DNA of 64,000 nt from Actinomycetota bacterium (GTDB lineage Bacteria > Actinomycetota > UBA4738 > HRBIN12): the NCBI GenBank assembly GCA_050696355.1, contig JBOGVD010000102.1, forward strand, positions 1,027 through 65,026. Reading direction: 5' to 3'. The notes beneath the pieces were generated by a model, which worked only from the letters and a program-made list of their open reading frames with translations, did not search any database and was not told where the DNA came from. Position numbers and translations under genes: made by a program. Below, in pieces: positions 26,945 through 36,458 of the stretch (its first letter is position 1; each line of letters begins with the position of its first letter).

Positions 26945-27814
26945 TCAGACAGCGCGCTTGAACTCGTCCACGAACTTGAAGGCCTCGCGTCTCACGTGGT
27001 CGGTAAGCCTCGGATCGATGATGCTCTTGATCCGCGCGGCCTCGATGTCCCTCGCAGCCTGCGTCTTGAACTCGAGGATCGTCTCAGCAGCACTCAGGAC
27101 GGCGCTCGTCTCCGGGTGCTCCGTCAAGGCGCTCGCGACGGTGCCGGGTTCTGTGACGAGCGCGGAGGCCGCGCCTCCGACACCCCCAGTGCCCAGCTCC
27201 CGGAAGACATTGCTCGTTTGAGTCGCCTTCTCGATGAGTTCGAACTCATCGGGATCGAGGAGGTGCGCGATGAACCGGGCATGCTCATCCATGATGTTGT
27301 TCCAGAACCCCGCAACTTCCTCTTTGTCGAACTCGGATTCTCCCTGCCCTAGCTGCTCCAAGCGCCGGGTCCAGCGGTCGGCTTCTTTGAGAGTGTGATC
27401 GAAGAACAATGGCCAGACCAGGCTGCGCAGGGTGCCATTCCGTTGAGCGTCCCCCAACGTTGCCTTGTACTCGATGAGGGGTTTCATGGCCTCGATGACC
27501 TCGGCTGTGAACCGGCCCACATCCCCCCGGTCGGGAGGAGGCGCGTCTGCGATCCGCTTGTGTAGCTCCGCGAATGAGGATGTGAACTGGAGAGCCTGCG
27601 TCCGTTCCTCTTGGGCGACCTCGGGGGGCATCAGGAGCGCGAAGAAGAATGCGTGCTCGGACATGATGTCGGTCGCGAACCGCGCATCTGCCCATGCGTG
27701 CCGTGCGGGATCCATGTCCGCCTCTTCCGGCAGGACCATGGGCTTCTCGAAGGGCTTCTCGACCTCCGCGCCGCCGCTTCTCGTGTGGATCTTCATCCCG
27801 TGGTCGCCCTGCAT
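26945..27814 (-). CDS. DUF2935-like two-repeat helical protein (family name from memory, unverified)
   Basis: 289 aa with two repeats carrying W/F..IMSEHAFFFALLMPPE and FWNNIMDEHARFIAHLLDPDE. The N-terminus MQGDHGMKIHTRSGGAEVEKPFEKP.. is shared with the remnant at 17673. Confidence 0.7.
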   Translation of the reverse strand: MQGDHGMKIHTRSGGAEVEKPFEKPMVLPEEADMDPARHAWADARFATDIMSEHAFFFALLMPPEVAQEERTQALQFTSSFAELHKRIADAPPPDRGDVGRFTAEVIEAMKPLIEYKATLGDAQRNGTLRSLVWPLFFDHTLKEADRWTRRLEQLGQGESEFDKEEVAGFWNNIMDEHARFIAHLLDPDEFELIEKATQTSNVFRELGTGGVGGAASALVTEPGTVASALTEHPETSAVLSAAETILEFKTQAARDIEAARIKSIIDPRLTDHVRREAFKFVDEFKRAV

Positions 27815-27874
27815 GGCCGTCCTCCTTCGAATCGCAGCGCCCGGCCGAATGGCTCCACTCGGCTGACGGCGCCT

Positions 27875-27900
27875 ATATAGAGGCTATATAGCCTCTATAT
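27875..27900. promoter_or_regulatory. AT-rich perfect palindrome ATATAGAGGCTATATAGCCTCTATAT (candidate operator or hairpin), copy B
   Basis: 26-nt perfect palindrome, about 60 nt upstream of the DUF2935-like start (27814) and abutting the stop of the decayed regulator. Confidence 0.6.
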
Positions 27901-28380
27901 CATTCGTGTTCGCTGGTGGTCAAGAGCCGGAATGCGCATCCCTTCTCCGCGTAGTTGCGGAAGGCTTCGGCGCGCAGGTCCAAGCGAGCCTTCTGAAGGG
28001 CCCCTTCAAGGATGCCGGGCGTGGAGCTCGCAGACCACGGCTTCCGAAGACCGCGCAGGCTTGCCGGAGATGCAGTTCTGCGCCAGGACCTGATCCTCGC
28101 CGATGAGGAGGTACTCAGCACCGAGAGGGGCGAGCTAGCCAAGTACTGATTCGGAAGAGTCCGCGCGCCCACTCATGAGTTGCGTCGTTCTCGACGCCGC
28201 GACGGCGAAGGGTTGCGTCAGCATCGAGCCGTCCAACCCCCTGGCGGAAGCACCTCGGGACTCCCCGGGCGAACCGCCAGCACGTCGACCAGCATCTTCG
28301 TGCAGGGGACCGCGTGATGCACGAGAAGCTGCGCGTCGAGACGTCAGGGTGGCGAGGAGCTGCGCGATCCGTGCACCGTG
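27900..28380 (-). pseudogene. decayed paralogue of the 16802..17446 winged-helix regulator (HTH lost, frameshifted)
   Basis: C-terminal ..GILEGALQKARLDLRAEAFRNYAEKGCAFRLLT.. (ORF 27900..28172), ..LAPLGAEYLLIGEDQVLAQNCISG..AVVCELHA.. in another frame, and ..ARIAQLLATL..AGRRAGGS.. in a third all parallel the intact regulator. The N-terminal HTH is absent. Confidence 0.55.
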
Positions 28381-28432
28381 ATCAGCGCAAGTAGCATGGC
28401 GCCCGAGGGCGAGACGCGTCCTGGGAGGAAGC

Positions 28433-31400
28433 ATGAGAGAGTTCGACCGGGCGCAGTTCGGGCCGAACGTCTGGCTCCTCGACGAGCTCTATCGGGACTA
28501 TCTTGCCGACCCGGCATCCGTGAGCGAACCGTGGCGGGAGTTCTTCGAAGACTACCGTCCACGCGGTGACGACAAGCGGGCCGGCGCCGGGCCCGTGCCG
28601 GACCTGCCCGCGCCCGCTCCGGACGCGACGCCGGCGCAACCGGCGCCGGTCGAGGTCGCGGATCCGCAGCCCGCTCCGGGTGGGGAGCCGGAGAAGGGCC
28701 TCCCGCTCGTGGGGGCCGCCGGGGTGATCGCTCGGCGGATGGAGGAGAGTCTCACCGTCCCGACCGCCACCTCGGTTCGAAACGTCCCCGCTCGTCTGCT
28801 GGAGCTCAATCGCACACTTATCAACCGCCACCTCGAGCGCGTGCAGGGTGGACGGGTTTCCTTCACGCATCTGATCGGTTATGCGATCGTGAAGGCGCTG
28901 GTTGCCTTCCCGGGCATGAACCGCTCATTCGCGCTGGTCGACGGGAAGCCGACGGTCATCGAGCACGCACATGTCAACCTCGGGCTCGCCGTCGACGTGA
29001 AGCGCGACGACGGGACGCGGATCCTGCTCGTTCCGAAGATCACGGCCGCCGACGACCTCGAGTTCACGCGGTTCCACGACGCGTACGAGGATCTGATCCG
29101 CAAGGTCCGCACGAACGAGCTGACCCCCGACGACTTCGCGGGAACCACCGTCACGATCACGAACCCTGGCACGATCGGCACCGTCCTGTCCGTGCCCCGG
29201 CTCATGGCCGGGCAGGCCGCGATCGTCGGGATCGGTGCGATCGCCTATCCACCCGAATACCAGGGTGCGGACCAGGACACGCTGACCGAGCTGGGACTGT
29301 CCAAGGTCCTGACGCTCACCAGCACCTACGACCATCGCGTGATCCAGGGTGCCGAGAGCGGCGAGTTCCTCGGTCGGGTGCACGAGCTGCTGATCGGCGA
29401 GCACAACTTCTACGGCGATGTCTTCAGGTCGCTGGAGCTCCCATACCGGCCGATCCACTGGACGGTCGACGAGCGGCCCGCCGAGGACTCCTTGCCGGCT
29501 CGGGAGAAGCAGGCTCGCGTGCTCCAGCTGATCAACAACTACCGGGTGCGCGGGCACCTCATCGCCGACCTGGATCCGCTCGCCACCGTCCCACCGGCCA
29601 CCCACCCGGAACTCGACCCGGCGAACCTGGGCTTCTCCATCTGGGACCTGGACCGCCGATTCGTCACGGGAGGGATCGCGGGAACGCGCGAAGCCACGCT
29701 GAACGAGATCTGGGGGGTGCTCCGCGATGCGTACTGCGGGACCCTCGGCGTCGAGTACATGCACATCCAAGATCCCGACCAGAAGGAGTGGATCCAGGAA
29801 CAGCTGGAACGCGTCGGCGAAGGGGTCACTCCCGACGACCGCCGCCAGATCCTGTTGAAGCTGAGCGAGGCGGAGGCCATCGAACGATTCCTCCATCAGC
29901 GCTACGTGGGACACAAGCGCTTCTCGCTGGAGGGTGCCGAGAGCCTGATCCCGATCCTTGACGCGATCCTCGACCGGGCCGCCGATGCGGAGCTCTCGGA
30001 AACCGTCATGGGCATGGCGCACAGAGGCCGCCTCAACGTGCTGGCGAACATCATCGGGAAGAGCTACCGACAGATCTTCCGCGAGTTCGAGGGCGAGCTG
30101 GACCCGCTCTCCGTCGAAGGATCGGGCGACGTGATCTACCACCTCGGCGCCTCGGGGAAGCACGTGTCCCGGGCCGGGAACGGCATCATCGTGTCGGTCG
30201 CTTCCAACCCCAGCCATCTGGAGTCGGAGGACCCGGTGGTGGAGGGGATGGCCCGGGCGAAGCAGGATCTCATCGACTCGCCTGACGGTGCGCGGGTGTT
30301 GCCCGTGTTGATCCACGGGGAGGCCGCCTTCGCCGGGCAGGGGGTGGTCGCGGAGACGCTGAACCTCTCACAGCTCCCCGGCTATCAGACCGGGGGCACG
30401 ATCCACGTGATCATCAACAATCAGCTCGGGTTCACGACGACACGCGAGCACGGACGCTCGAGTGTGTACGCGAGCGACGTCGCGAAGATGGTGCAGGCGC
30501 CCATCTTCCACGTGAACGGCGACGACCCCGAGACCTGCGTTCGAGCGGCTCGCCTGGCGTTCGCGTTCCGGCAGGAGTTCCGCAAGGACGTGATCGTCGA
30601 CATGTGGTGCTATCGACGCTGGGGCCACAACGAGGCCGACGAACCGTCGTTCACGCAGCCTCTCATGTACCGCCGCATCGGAGAGCTCCGCTCCGTCCGC
30701 AAACGCTACATGGAAGCCCTGGTGAACCGAGGCGATCTCACGACGGAAGACGCCGAGCAGGCGCTCAGGACGTACTCCGACCGTCTTCGCCAGGTGTTCG
30801 AGGAGACCAGGGGGCAGCACGCGGACGTGCCCGCGCTCGAGCGGCGCGAGCCGGAGCCCGTGCCCGAGGCACCCATGCAGACCGGGGTGCTCCGCGCGCG
30901 TCTCGAGGAGGTGGCGGATGCGCTCACCCGAACACCCGATGGATTCGAGATCCACCCGAAGCTTGCACGGATGCTGGAACAGCGCAGGGCGGCGCTCGAC
31001 GAGGATCGGATCGACTGGGCCTTCGCGGAAGCCATGGCATTCGGCACCCTGCTCCTGGATGGGATCACGATCCGGCTCACCGGCCAGGACACCCGGCGCG
31101 GGACGTTCAGCCAGCGCCACGCGGTCCTCGTCGACCAGCAGACGGGCCGGGAACATCTTCCGTTCCAGCACCTGGCCGACCGGCAGGGGAAGGCGTTCAT
31201 CTATGACAGCTTGCTGTCGGAGTTCGCGGCGGTTGGCTTCGAGTACGGGTATTCGGTGGCGGATCCCGGCGCGCTGGTGTTGTGGGAGGCGCAGTTCGGC
31301 GACTTCGTGAACGGCGCACAGGTGATCATCGATCAGTACGTCGTCGCAGCCGAGGAGAAGTGGGGCCAGGAGAGCGGACTGGTGCTCTTGCTCCCCCATG

Positions 31401-32038
31401 GACACGAGGGTCAGGGGCCGGAGCATTCGAGCGCTCGGCTCGAGCGGTTCCTCGACCTCGCCGCGAGGGACAACATCGAGGTGACCGTGCCCTCGACGCC
31501 GGCACAGTACTTCCATCTCCTCCGCCGGCAGGCCTTGCGGAGCGTCAGGAAGCCGCTCGTCGTGATGACGCCGAAGTCGCTCCTTCGGTTGGCCGCTGCC
31601 GCCAGCAACACGCAGGAGCTGGGATCGGGTCACTTCCAACCGGTTCTCCCGGATCCCTCACCGCCGAAGGCAGCGTCTCGCGTCTTGCTCTGCCAGGGGA
31701 AGGTGTTCTTCGAGATCACGGGACAGCGCGCGAAGAGCGGCCGTGAGGATGTCGCCGTGATCCGCGTGGAGCAGTGCTACCCGCTCCCGGTCGATGCCCT
31801 ACGGGAAGAGATCGGACGCTTCCCCGGTGCCGAATTGATCTGGGCACAGGAGGAACCGGAGAACATGGGAGCAGGCCGATACATGCTGCGCGAGCTCCGC
31901 GAGCGTTTGGGTATGGACGCACGGCTGGTGTCGCGGCCGGAGAGCCCGAGTCCCGCAACGGGGAGCCTCACCCTGCACCGGGAGGAACAGTCAGACCTGC
32001 TCGATCGCATGCTCAGCGGCCGACCGCCGGGTAACTGA
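28433..32038 (+). CDS. kgd: multifunctional 2-oxoglutarate metabolism enzyme (Kgd/OdhA type: E2-like acyltransferase domain fused to E1o)
   Basis: 1201 aa, ATG after GGGAGGAAGC. N-terminal FGPNVWLLDELYRDYL, acyltransferase core ..TYDHRVIQGAESGEFL.., E1o/ThDP region ..GMAHRGRLNVLANI.., HGEAAFAGQGVV, YRRWGHNEADEPSFTQP. Confidence 0.95.
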   Translation: MREFDRAQFGPNVWLLDELYRDYLADPASVSEPWREFFEDYRPRGDDKRAGAGPVPDLPAPAPDATPAQPAPVEVADPQPAPGGEPEKGLPLVGAAGVIARRMEESLTVPTATSVRNVPARLLELNRTLINRHLERVQGGRVSFTHLIGYAIVKALVAFPGMNRSFALVDGKPTVIEHAHVNLGLAVDVKRDDGTRILLVPKITAADDLEFTRFHDAYEDLIRKVRTNELTPDDFAGTTVTITNPGTIGTVLSVPRLMAGQAAIVGIGAIAYPPEYQGADQDTLTELGLSKVLTLTSTYDHRVIQGAESGEFLGRVHELLIGEHNFYGDVFRSLELPYRPIHWTVDERPAEDSLPAREKQARVLQLINNYRVRGHLIADLDPLATVPPATHPELDPANLGFSIWDLDRRFVTGGIAGTREATLNEIWGVLRDAYCGTLGVEYMHIQDPDQKEWIQEQLERVGEGVTPDDRRQILLKLSEAEAIERFLHQRYVGHKRFSLEGAESLIPILDAILDRAADAELSETVMGMAHRGRLNVLANIIGKSYRQIFREFEGELDPLSVEGSGDVIYHLGASGKHVSRAGNGIIVSVASNPSHLESEDPVVEGMARAKQDLIDSPDGARVLPVLIHGEAAFAGQGVVAETLNLSQLPGYQTGGTIHVIINNQLGFTTTREHGRSSVYASDVAKMVQAPIFHVNGDDPETCVRAARLAFAFRQEFRKDVIVDMWCYRRWGHNEADEPSFTQPLMYRRIGELRSVRKRYMEALVNRGDLTTEDAEQALRTYSDRLRQVFEETRGQHADVPALERREPEPVPEAPMQTGVLRARLEEVADALTRTPDGFEIHPKLARMLEQRRAALDEDRIDWAFAEAMAFGTLLLDGITIRLTGQDTRRGTFSQRHAVLVDQQTGREHLPFQHLADRQGKAFIYDSLLSEFAAVGFEYGYSVADPGALVLWEAQFGDFVNGAQVIIDQYVVAAEEKWGQESGLVLLLPHGHEGQGPEHSSARLERFLDLAARDNIEVTVPSTPAQYFHLLRRQALRSVRKPLVVMTPKSLLRLAAAASNTQELGSGHFQPVLPDPSPPKAASRVLLCQGKVFFEITGQRAKSGREDVAVIRVEQCYPLPVDALREEIGRFPGAELIWAQEEPENMGAGRYMLRELRERLGMDARLVSRPESPSPATGSLTLHREEQSDLLDRMLSGRPPGN

Positions 32039-32108
32039 TCGCAGCACCCATGATCTCGCCGATCACGATGTGGCCTGCTCGTCGCGCCTGGGTGATGCGT
32101 GCAACCGC

Positions 32109-32327
32109 TCACGGTTCGGGCGAGCCAGCTTTCGGAGACGAGGGCCGCACCAGGGCATCGTCATCGAACAGGAACGCTGGTGGGTCGCTCGCCGGGAATG
32201 ACTGGAGGGAAGCCTCGTCGACCAATTCATCCAGACGTGCGCGGATCGCCTCCCTCCGCTCGAGCTCCTCGTCAGACGGGGGGCCACTCGACATCCGGGA
32301 TCCGACGATCCGCTTTTCACCATCCAT
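32109..32327 (-). CDS. small protein with SFPASDPP motif, copy 2
   Basis: 72 aa: ..IRARLDELVDEASLQSFPASDPPAFLF... Confidence 0.5.
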   Translation of the reverse strand: MDGEKRIVGSRMSSGPPSDEELERREAIRARLDELVDEASLQSFPASDPPAFLFDDDALVRPSSPKAGSPEP

Positions 32328-32501
32328 GGGTCTATTCCATCACACGGTCGACACCTCGGATCTCGTCCACGCCTGGCGCGGGTAGACCGCGCGCATCAGT
32401 CGTGTCTCGGTCGTGTCGGCCGGGGCCAGATTGGATGCCATGGGGGTAGACGCCTAGGGTGTCATCGAGCGACGGATCGCCGGGCCGCAGGGGAGGATGA
32501 G

Positions 32502-32873
32502 ATGAGGATCGGAGACATCTATCGCCGCGGGGTGTTCACCGTCCAAGCCTCCGACACACTCGCTCATTGCGCCCGGCGCCTCGAGGTCGCGGCGGTGGGA
32601 GCACTCGGCGTGGTAGAGGGTTCCGACATCGTGGGCATCATCTCGGAGCGCGACCTGGTCCTGGCCCTGTCTCGAAGGGATGATCCCAGGGGCGCGCTCG
32701 TCCGCGAGTTCATGTCGGTTGATCTGTTGACCGCCGACGTGGACGAAGCGGCGCGCGAAGTGGCGCACCGGATGCTTGATGCTGGGATCCGGCACCTGCC
32801 GGTGGCGGAGGAAGGAAACCTCGTGGGGATGGTCTCCATGCGGGACCTGCTCCATCTGGAGACGTGGGGCTAG
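32502..32873 (+). CDS. CBS domain pair protein
   Basis: 123 aa, ATG after GGGGAGGATGAG. Two CBS repeats (..VVEGSDIVGIISERDLV.. and ..VAEEGNLVGMVSMRDLL..). Confidence 0.8.
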   Translation: MRIGDIYRRGVFTVQASDTLAHCARRLEVAAVGALGVVEGSDIVGIISERDLVLALSRRDDPRGALVREFMSVDLLTADVDEAAREVAHRMLDAGIRHLPVAEEGNLVGMVSMRDLLHLETWG

Positions 32874-32877
32874 GCCC

Positions 32878-34026
32878 GTGGACCTCCTGTCCCGGAAGGA
32901 TCTCCAGCGTCTCGCATCCCGCCGACCTGGGAGGTGCGTGTCCCTCTTCGTGCCGACGCATCGGTCCGGCCCGGGCGTCAAGCAGGACCGGATCCGGTGG
33001 AGGAAGCTCCTGGCTGAGACGGAGAAGACGCTTCGCGGCGAAGACGCGCGGAGAACGGAGGCCGAGGATCTCCTTCGACCAGCTCGGGAGCTCCTGGATG
33101 ACGCGCTGTTCTGGCAGTACCAGAGCGACGGCCTGGCCATGTTCATCGGTGCCGGATGGTCGCGCTTCTTCCGCGTCGCCATCCCCCTGCCGGAGCTCGG
33201 GACCGTCGGGCGGCGGTTCGTCGTCGGCCCGCTTCTGCCGCTGCTCGCGGACGGCGGACGCTACTTCGTCCTGGCCTTGAGCCAGAACGAGATCCGGTTA
33301 CTCGAGGGCACGCGCTTCGGCCTGGAGGAGGTCGAGCTCCAAGATCCGCCGCGGAGCCTTCGCGCGATGCTCGCGCGCGAGGAACAGAGGCCGGAAGTGC
33401 ATGGCTTCCTGGCGGACCGTGGCGGCGTGGGCTCTCGGGTCGTGTTCTATGGTCAAGGTGGCGGAGCCGACGTGGGGCGGAAGGAGCAGATCGTCCGCTA
33501 CTTCCGGAAGGTCGATCGCGTGCTCCGCAGCGTCATCAAGGACGATCGCGCTCCGGTCGTCCTGGCAGGCGTCGAGTACCTGCTCCCGCTCTACCGCAGG
33601 GCCAGCGAGCTCCCCCACCTGCTACGGCGGGGGGTCAGGGGTAGCCCGGAAGAGCTATCACCGCACGAGCTGCACGGCCGCGCGTGGAGGCTCGCGGAGC
33701 CCGTCTTCCGACGCCGGGAACGGGAGGCAGCCGCCCGCTATCGACGTCTCCTCGGCACTGGTCTGACCGTGAACGACCCAGAGGCGGCCCTGGAAGCATC
33801 GCGGGCCTCACGCATCGAGGCGCTTTTCCTATCGTCCTCCACGACAACCTGGGAGACCCACGCTTCGAGTCCGGTTGTCCGGCTCGAGGAGGCTGCGCCG
33901 GAGCCGACCTGGCAGGTGCTGGATCTGCTCGCGATCACGACTCTCCGCCGGGGTGGGGATGTGTACGCAGTACCCGATGATCGAGTGCCGGATCGTACCG
34001 GCGTTGCAGGCGTCCTCCGCTTCTAG
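32878..34026 (+). CDS. eRF1-fold 'bacterial archaeo-eukaryotic release factor'-like (baeRF-type) protein, family assignment from memory
   Basis: GTG 32878, 4 nt after the CBS stop. VDLLSRKDLQRLASRRPGRCVSLFVPTHRSGPGVKQDRIRWRKLL.., ..GRYFVLALSQNEIRLLEGTRF.., ..VVFYGQGGGADVGRKEQIVRYFRKVD... Confidence 0.5.
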   Translation: MDLLSRKDLQRLASRRPGRCVSLFVPTHRSGPGVKQDRIRWRKLLAETEKTLRGEDARRTEAEDLLRPARELLDDALFWQYQSDGLAMFIGAGWSRFFRVAIPLPELGTVGRRFVVGPLLPLLADGGRYFVLALSQNEIRLLEGTRFGLEEVELQDPPRSLRAMLAREEQRPEVHGFLADRGGVGSRVVFYGQGGGADVGRKEQIVRYFRKVDRVLRSVIKDDRAPVVLAGVEYLLPLYRRASELPHLLRRGVRGSPEELSPHELHGRAWRLAEPVFRRREREAAARYRRLLGTGLTVNDPEAALEASRASRIEALFLSSSTTTWETHASSPVVRLEEAAPEPTWQVLDLLAITTLRRGGDVYAVPDDRVPDRTGVAGVLRF

Positions 34027-34128
34027 ATCCCGCGGCCATCGGCCACGAAGAGGGCGCACGAAGATGTGCGTCGTTCTGCTCGTTCAGTTCTGGTCTCCGC
34101 CATCATGTCGCTCGGTACCGTGTGGTCC

Positions 34129-35394
34129 ATGACGAACGCTGCCTCGGACCCTCCTTCGAGGCTCTCACGGCGTCTCGGCACGTTCGACGCGGTGATGATC
34201 GGCCTTGGCTCGATGATCGGCGCGGGAGTCTTCGGGGCCATCGGACCCGCAGCAGCGGCGGCGGGCGGCGGACTCCTGGTCGGTCTGGCGGTGGCCGCGG
34301 TGGTCGCCTACTTGAATGCTTCGTCGTCCGCCCAGCTCGCCGCGATCTATCCGCGGTCCGGCGGGGCGTATGTCTACGGCCATGAGAGGCTCGGGCACCT
34401 GTGGGGATTCTTCGCGGGGTGGGGGTTCGTGATCGGAAAGATCGCGAGTTGCGCGGCGATGGCGCTCACCTTCGGGGCGTATGCATCTCCGGATCTCGCC
34501 CGCCCACTTGCGGTTGGAGCTGTTGTCTGGCTGACCGCCGTGAACCTCAAAGGGATCCGGGCCACCGCTGGTCTTGCGAGGGTGATCGTGGCTCTGGTGC
34601 TCGGGTCTCTCGCCTCAGTGGTGGTTGCCTCGTCGACTGCCAAGCTCTCGTGGGAACGGATAGGTCCTCTTGGCGAAGGAGGTCTCCCGGGTGTCCTGCA
34701 GGCATCGGGGATCCTCTTCTTCGCGTTCGCTGGATATGCTCGGATCGCGACGCTCGGAGAAGAGGTTCGAGAGCCGGCTCGAACCATCCCTCGCGCGATC
34801 ATGTGCGCACTCGCCATCACGTTGGCGGTCTACGTGACGGTCGCGACGACCGCGCTCATGGCTGTTGGGCCGGCGGTCCTGGCCGACAGTTCTGCCCCAC
34901 TCGCCGCGGCCGTGCGGGCAGGCACCATGAGCTGGGCCGTCCCCGTGACGCGGGTGGGTGCGTCGATCGCGAGCCTCGGTGTGCTTCTGTCCTTGCTTGC
35001 CGGAGTGAGCCGAACAACCTTCGCGATGGCTGAGGAGGGCGACCTGCCGCGCTGGCTCGCGGGGGTCCATGCAGGTTCCCATGCGCCCCATCGAGCACAG
35101 ATCCTGATCAGCGGCATCGTCGTCATGGTGGCAATGCTCGTCGATCTTCGTGGCGCGATCGGCTTCAGCTCGTTCGCCGTGCTCCTCTACTATGGCATCA
35201 CGAACGCCTCTGCCTGGACGCTGCGATCCGACGAACGGCGCTCCCCCAGGAGTTTCGCGCTACTAGGGATGGTCGGCTGCATGGCGCTCGCCTTCAGTCT
35301 TCCGATCATCAGCATCATCACGGGCTTCGGGGCGCTCCTGGCAGGACTCACTCTGTGGGCCGTCCGTCAACGCATGCGACCCGACGAGAGCTAG
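34129..35394 (+). CDS. APC superfamily amino-acid permease
   Basis: ORF 34066..35394, likely ATG 34129. GTFDAVMIGLGSMIGAGVF and about 12 TM helices. Confidence 0.85.
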   Translation: MTNAASDPPSRLSRRLGTFDAVMIGLGSMIGAGVFGAIGPAAAAAGGGLLVGLAVAAVVAYLNASSSAQLAAIYPRSGGAYVYGHERLGHLWGFFAGWGFVIGKIASCAAMALTFGAYASPDLARPLAVGAVVWLTAVNLKGIRATAGLARVIVALVLGSLASVVVASSTAKLSWERIGPLGEGGLPGVLQASGILFFAFAGYARIATLGEEVREPARTIPRAIMCALAITLAVYVTVATTALMAVGPAVLADSSAPLAAAVRAGTMSWAVPVTRVGASIASLGVLLSLLAGVSRTTFAMAEEGDLPRWLAGVHAGSHAPHRAQILISGIVVMVAMLVDLRGAIGFSSFAVLLYYGITNASAWTLRSDERRSPRSFALLGMVGCMALAFSLPIISIITGFGALLAGLTLWAVRQRMRPDES

Positions 35395-35512
35395 CTGATG
35401 TCGGCGAGATGACGGCGTCCATCATCTGCTGACGGGGGATGAGCGTGAGGAGTCTGGACCTTCTCCTACGGACCGGCCGGTACACCTTCCGGAGCGAGCC
35501 TAGACTGGGATC

Positions 35513-36247
35513 GTGAAGATCCTGGCCACGTGCCTGAACTGCAAGCGGACGCTGCTCCTTGAACAGCTGATCGAGGGTCCGGTGATGGATGGGAAGTGCC
35601 CGTGGTGTGGGGTCGTCCTTGCGCCGGAATACACCCACCTCTTGATCGAGGAGGTGCGCAGGGCAGAGCAGGCCGGGGCCGATCTCGTCTCTGCCCTGAA
35701 GGCGCTGCGTGGAAGCTGGGCCCGGTTGCGGCTCAGACCCGAGACGATCTTGGGTCCCGTCCGCGAACAGCTCGATCTCGCCAACGGAGAGGCGACGTGG
35801 GCGCAAACCGAAGGCGAGATCGTGGCGGCGTTGGAGCTGATCGAACGGACTGAAGACAGAGGTCGGCTCCCTGAGAAGCTTGCCGATCTCGACGCCCGGG
35901 CAGGAATCATCGAGGAACGGTTACGTACGCATCTGGCTTCGGTCGATGGGATCGACAGAGCCTCCGTAGAGGAGATCTCCGCGAGCGTCGAACGGATCGT
36001 GGAGTCTGTCGAGCACGAAGCCGCGCCGGAGGCCGCCTTGAAGGAAGAGGTCAGCCGCCTCCTCCAGGCGGGTCGGAAGCACGGCGATACATGGGAGCAA
36101 CTCAGTCTGGCTGAGGCTCACCTCTCCGATGCCCATCGTGCGCTCGCGGGCGCGGCCACGAATCGAGAGAACCTGCAGGACGCGCTGGAACAACTGCGAA
36201 GCGCTCTACGCGAAGCCGAGCAGGCTCTCGTCGCCGACATCGATTGA
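35513..36247 (+). CDS. hypothetical protein: N-terminal zinc-ribbon (CxxC..CxxC) + long helical domain
   Basis: 244 aa: MKILATCLNCKRT..DGKCPWCGVVL.., followed by Glu/Ala/Leu-rich helices. No family recognised. Confidence 0.5.
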   Translation: MKILATCLNCKRTLLLEQLIEGPVMDGKCPWCGVVLAPEYTHLLIEEVRRAEQAGADLVSALKALRGSWARLRLRPETILGPVREQLDLANGEATWAQTEGEIVAALELIERTEDRGRLPEKLADLDARAGIIEERLRTHLASVDGIDRASVEEISASVERIVESVEHEAAPEAALKEEVSRLLQAGRKHGDTWEQLSLAEAHLSDAHRALAGAATNRENLQDALEQLRSALREAEQALVADID

Positions 36248-36458
36248 CCACCGATCCGGCCCGACGTCAGGAGAGCAGCGCATGTTGAGTGGCACGTGCA
36301 CATCCCGCATAAGAACGGGGGCAAGGAACATCCACAGGAGGCCCACGCACGTGACCATGCTCGTCCCGCCGAATCACCAGGGTGAACGGCGGACAGGAGA
36401 CTTGGTCTCGATCCCCTTGCATTAGGATCGTTCGACGGGTCCATCCGGAGGGGCAGCC

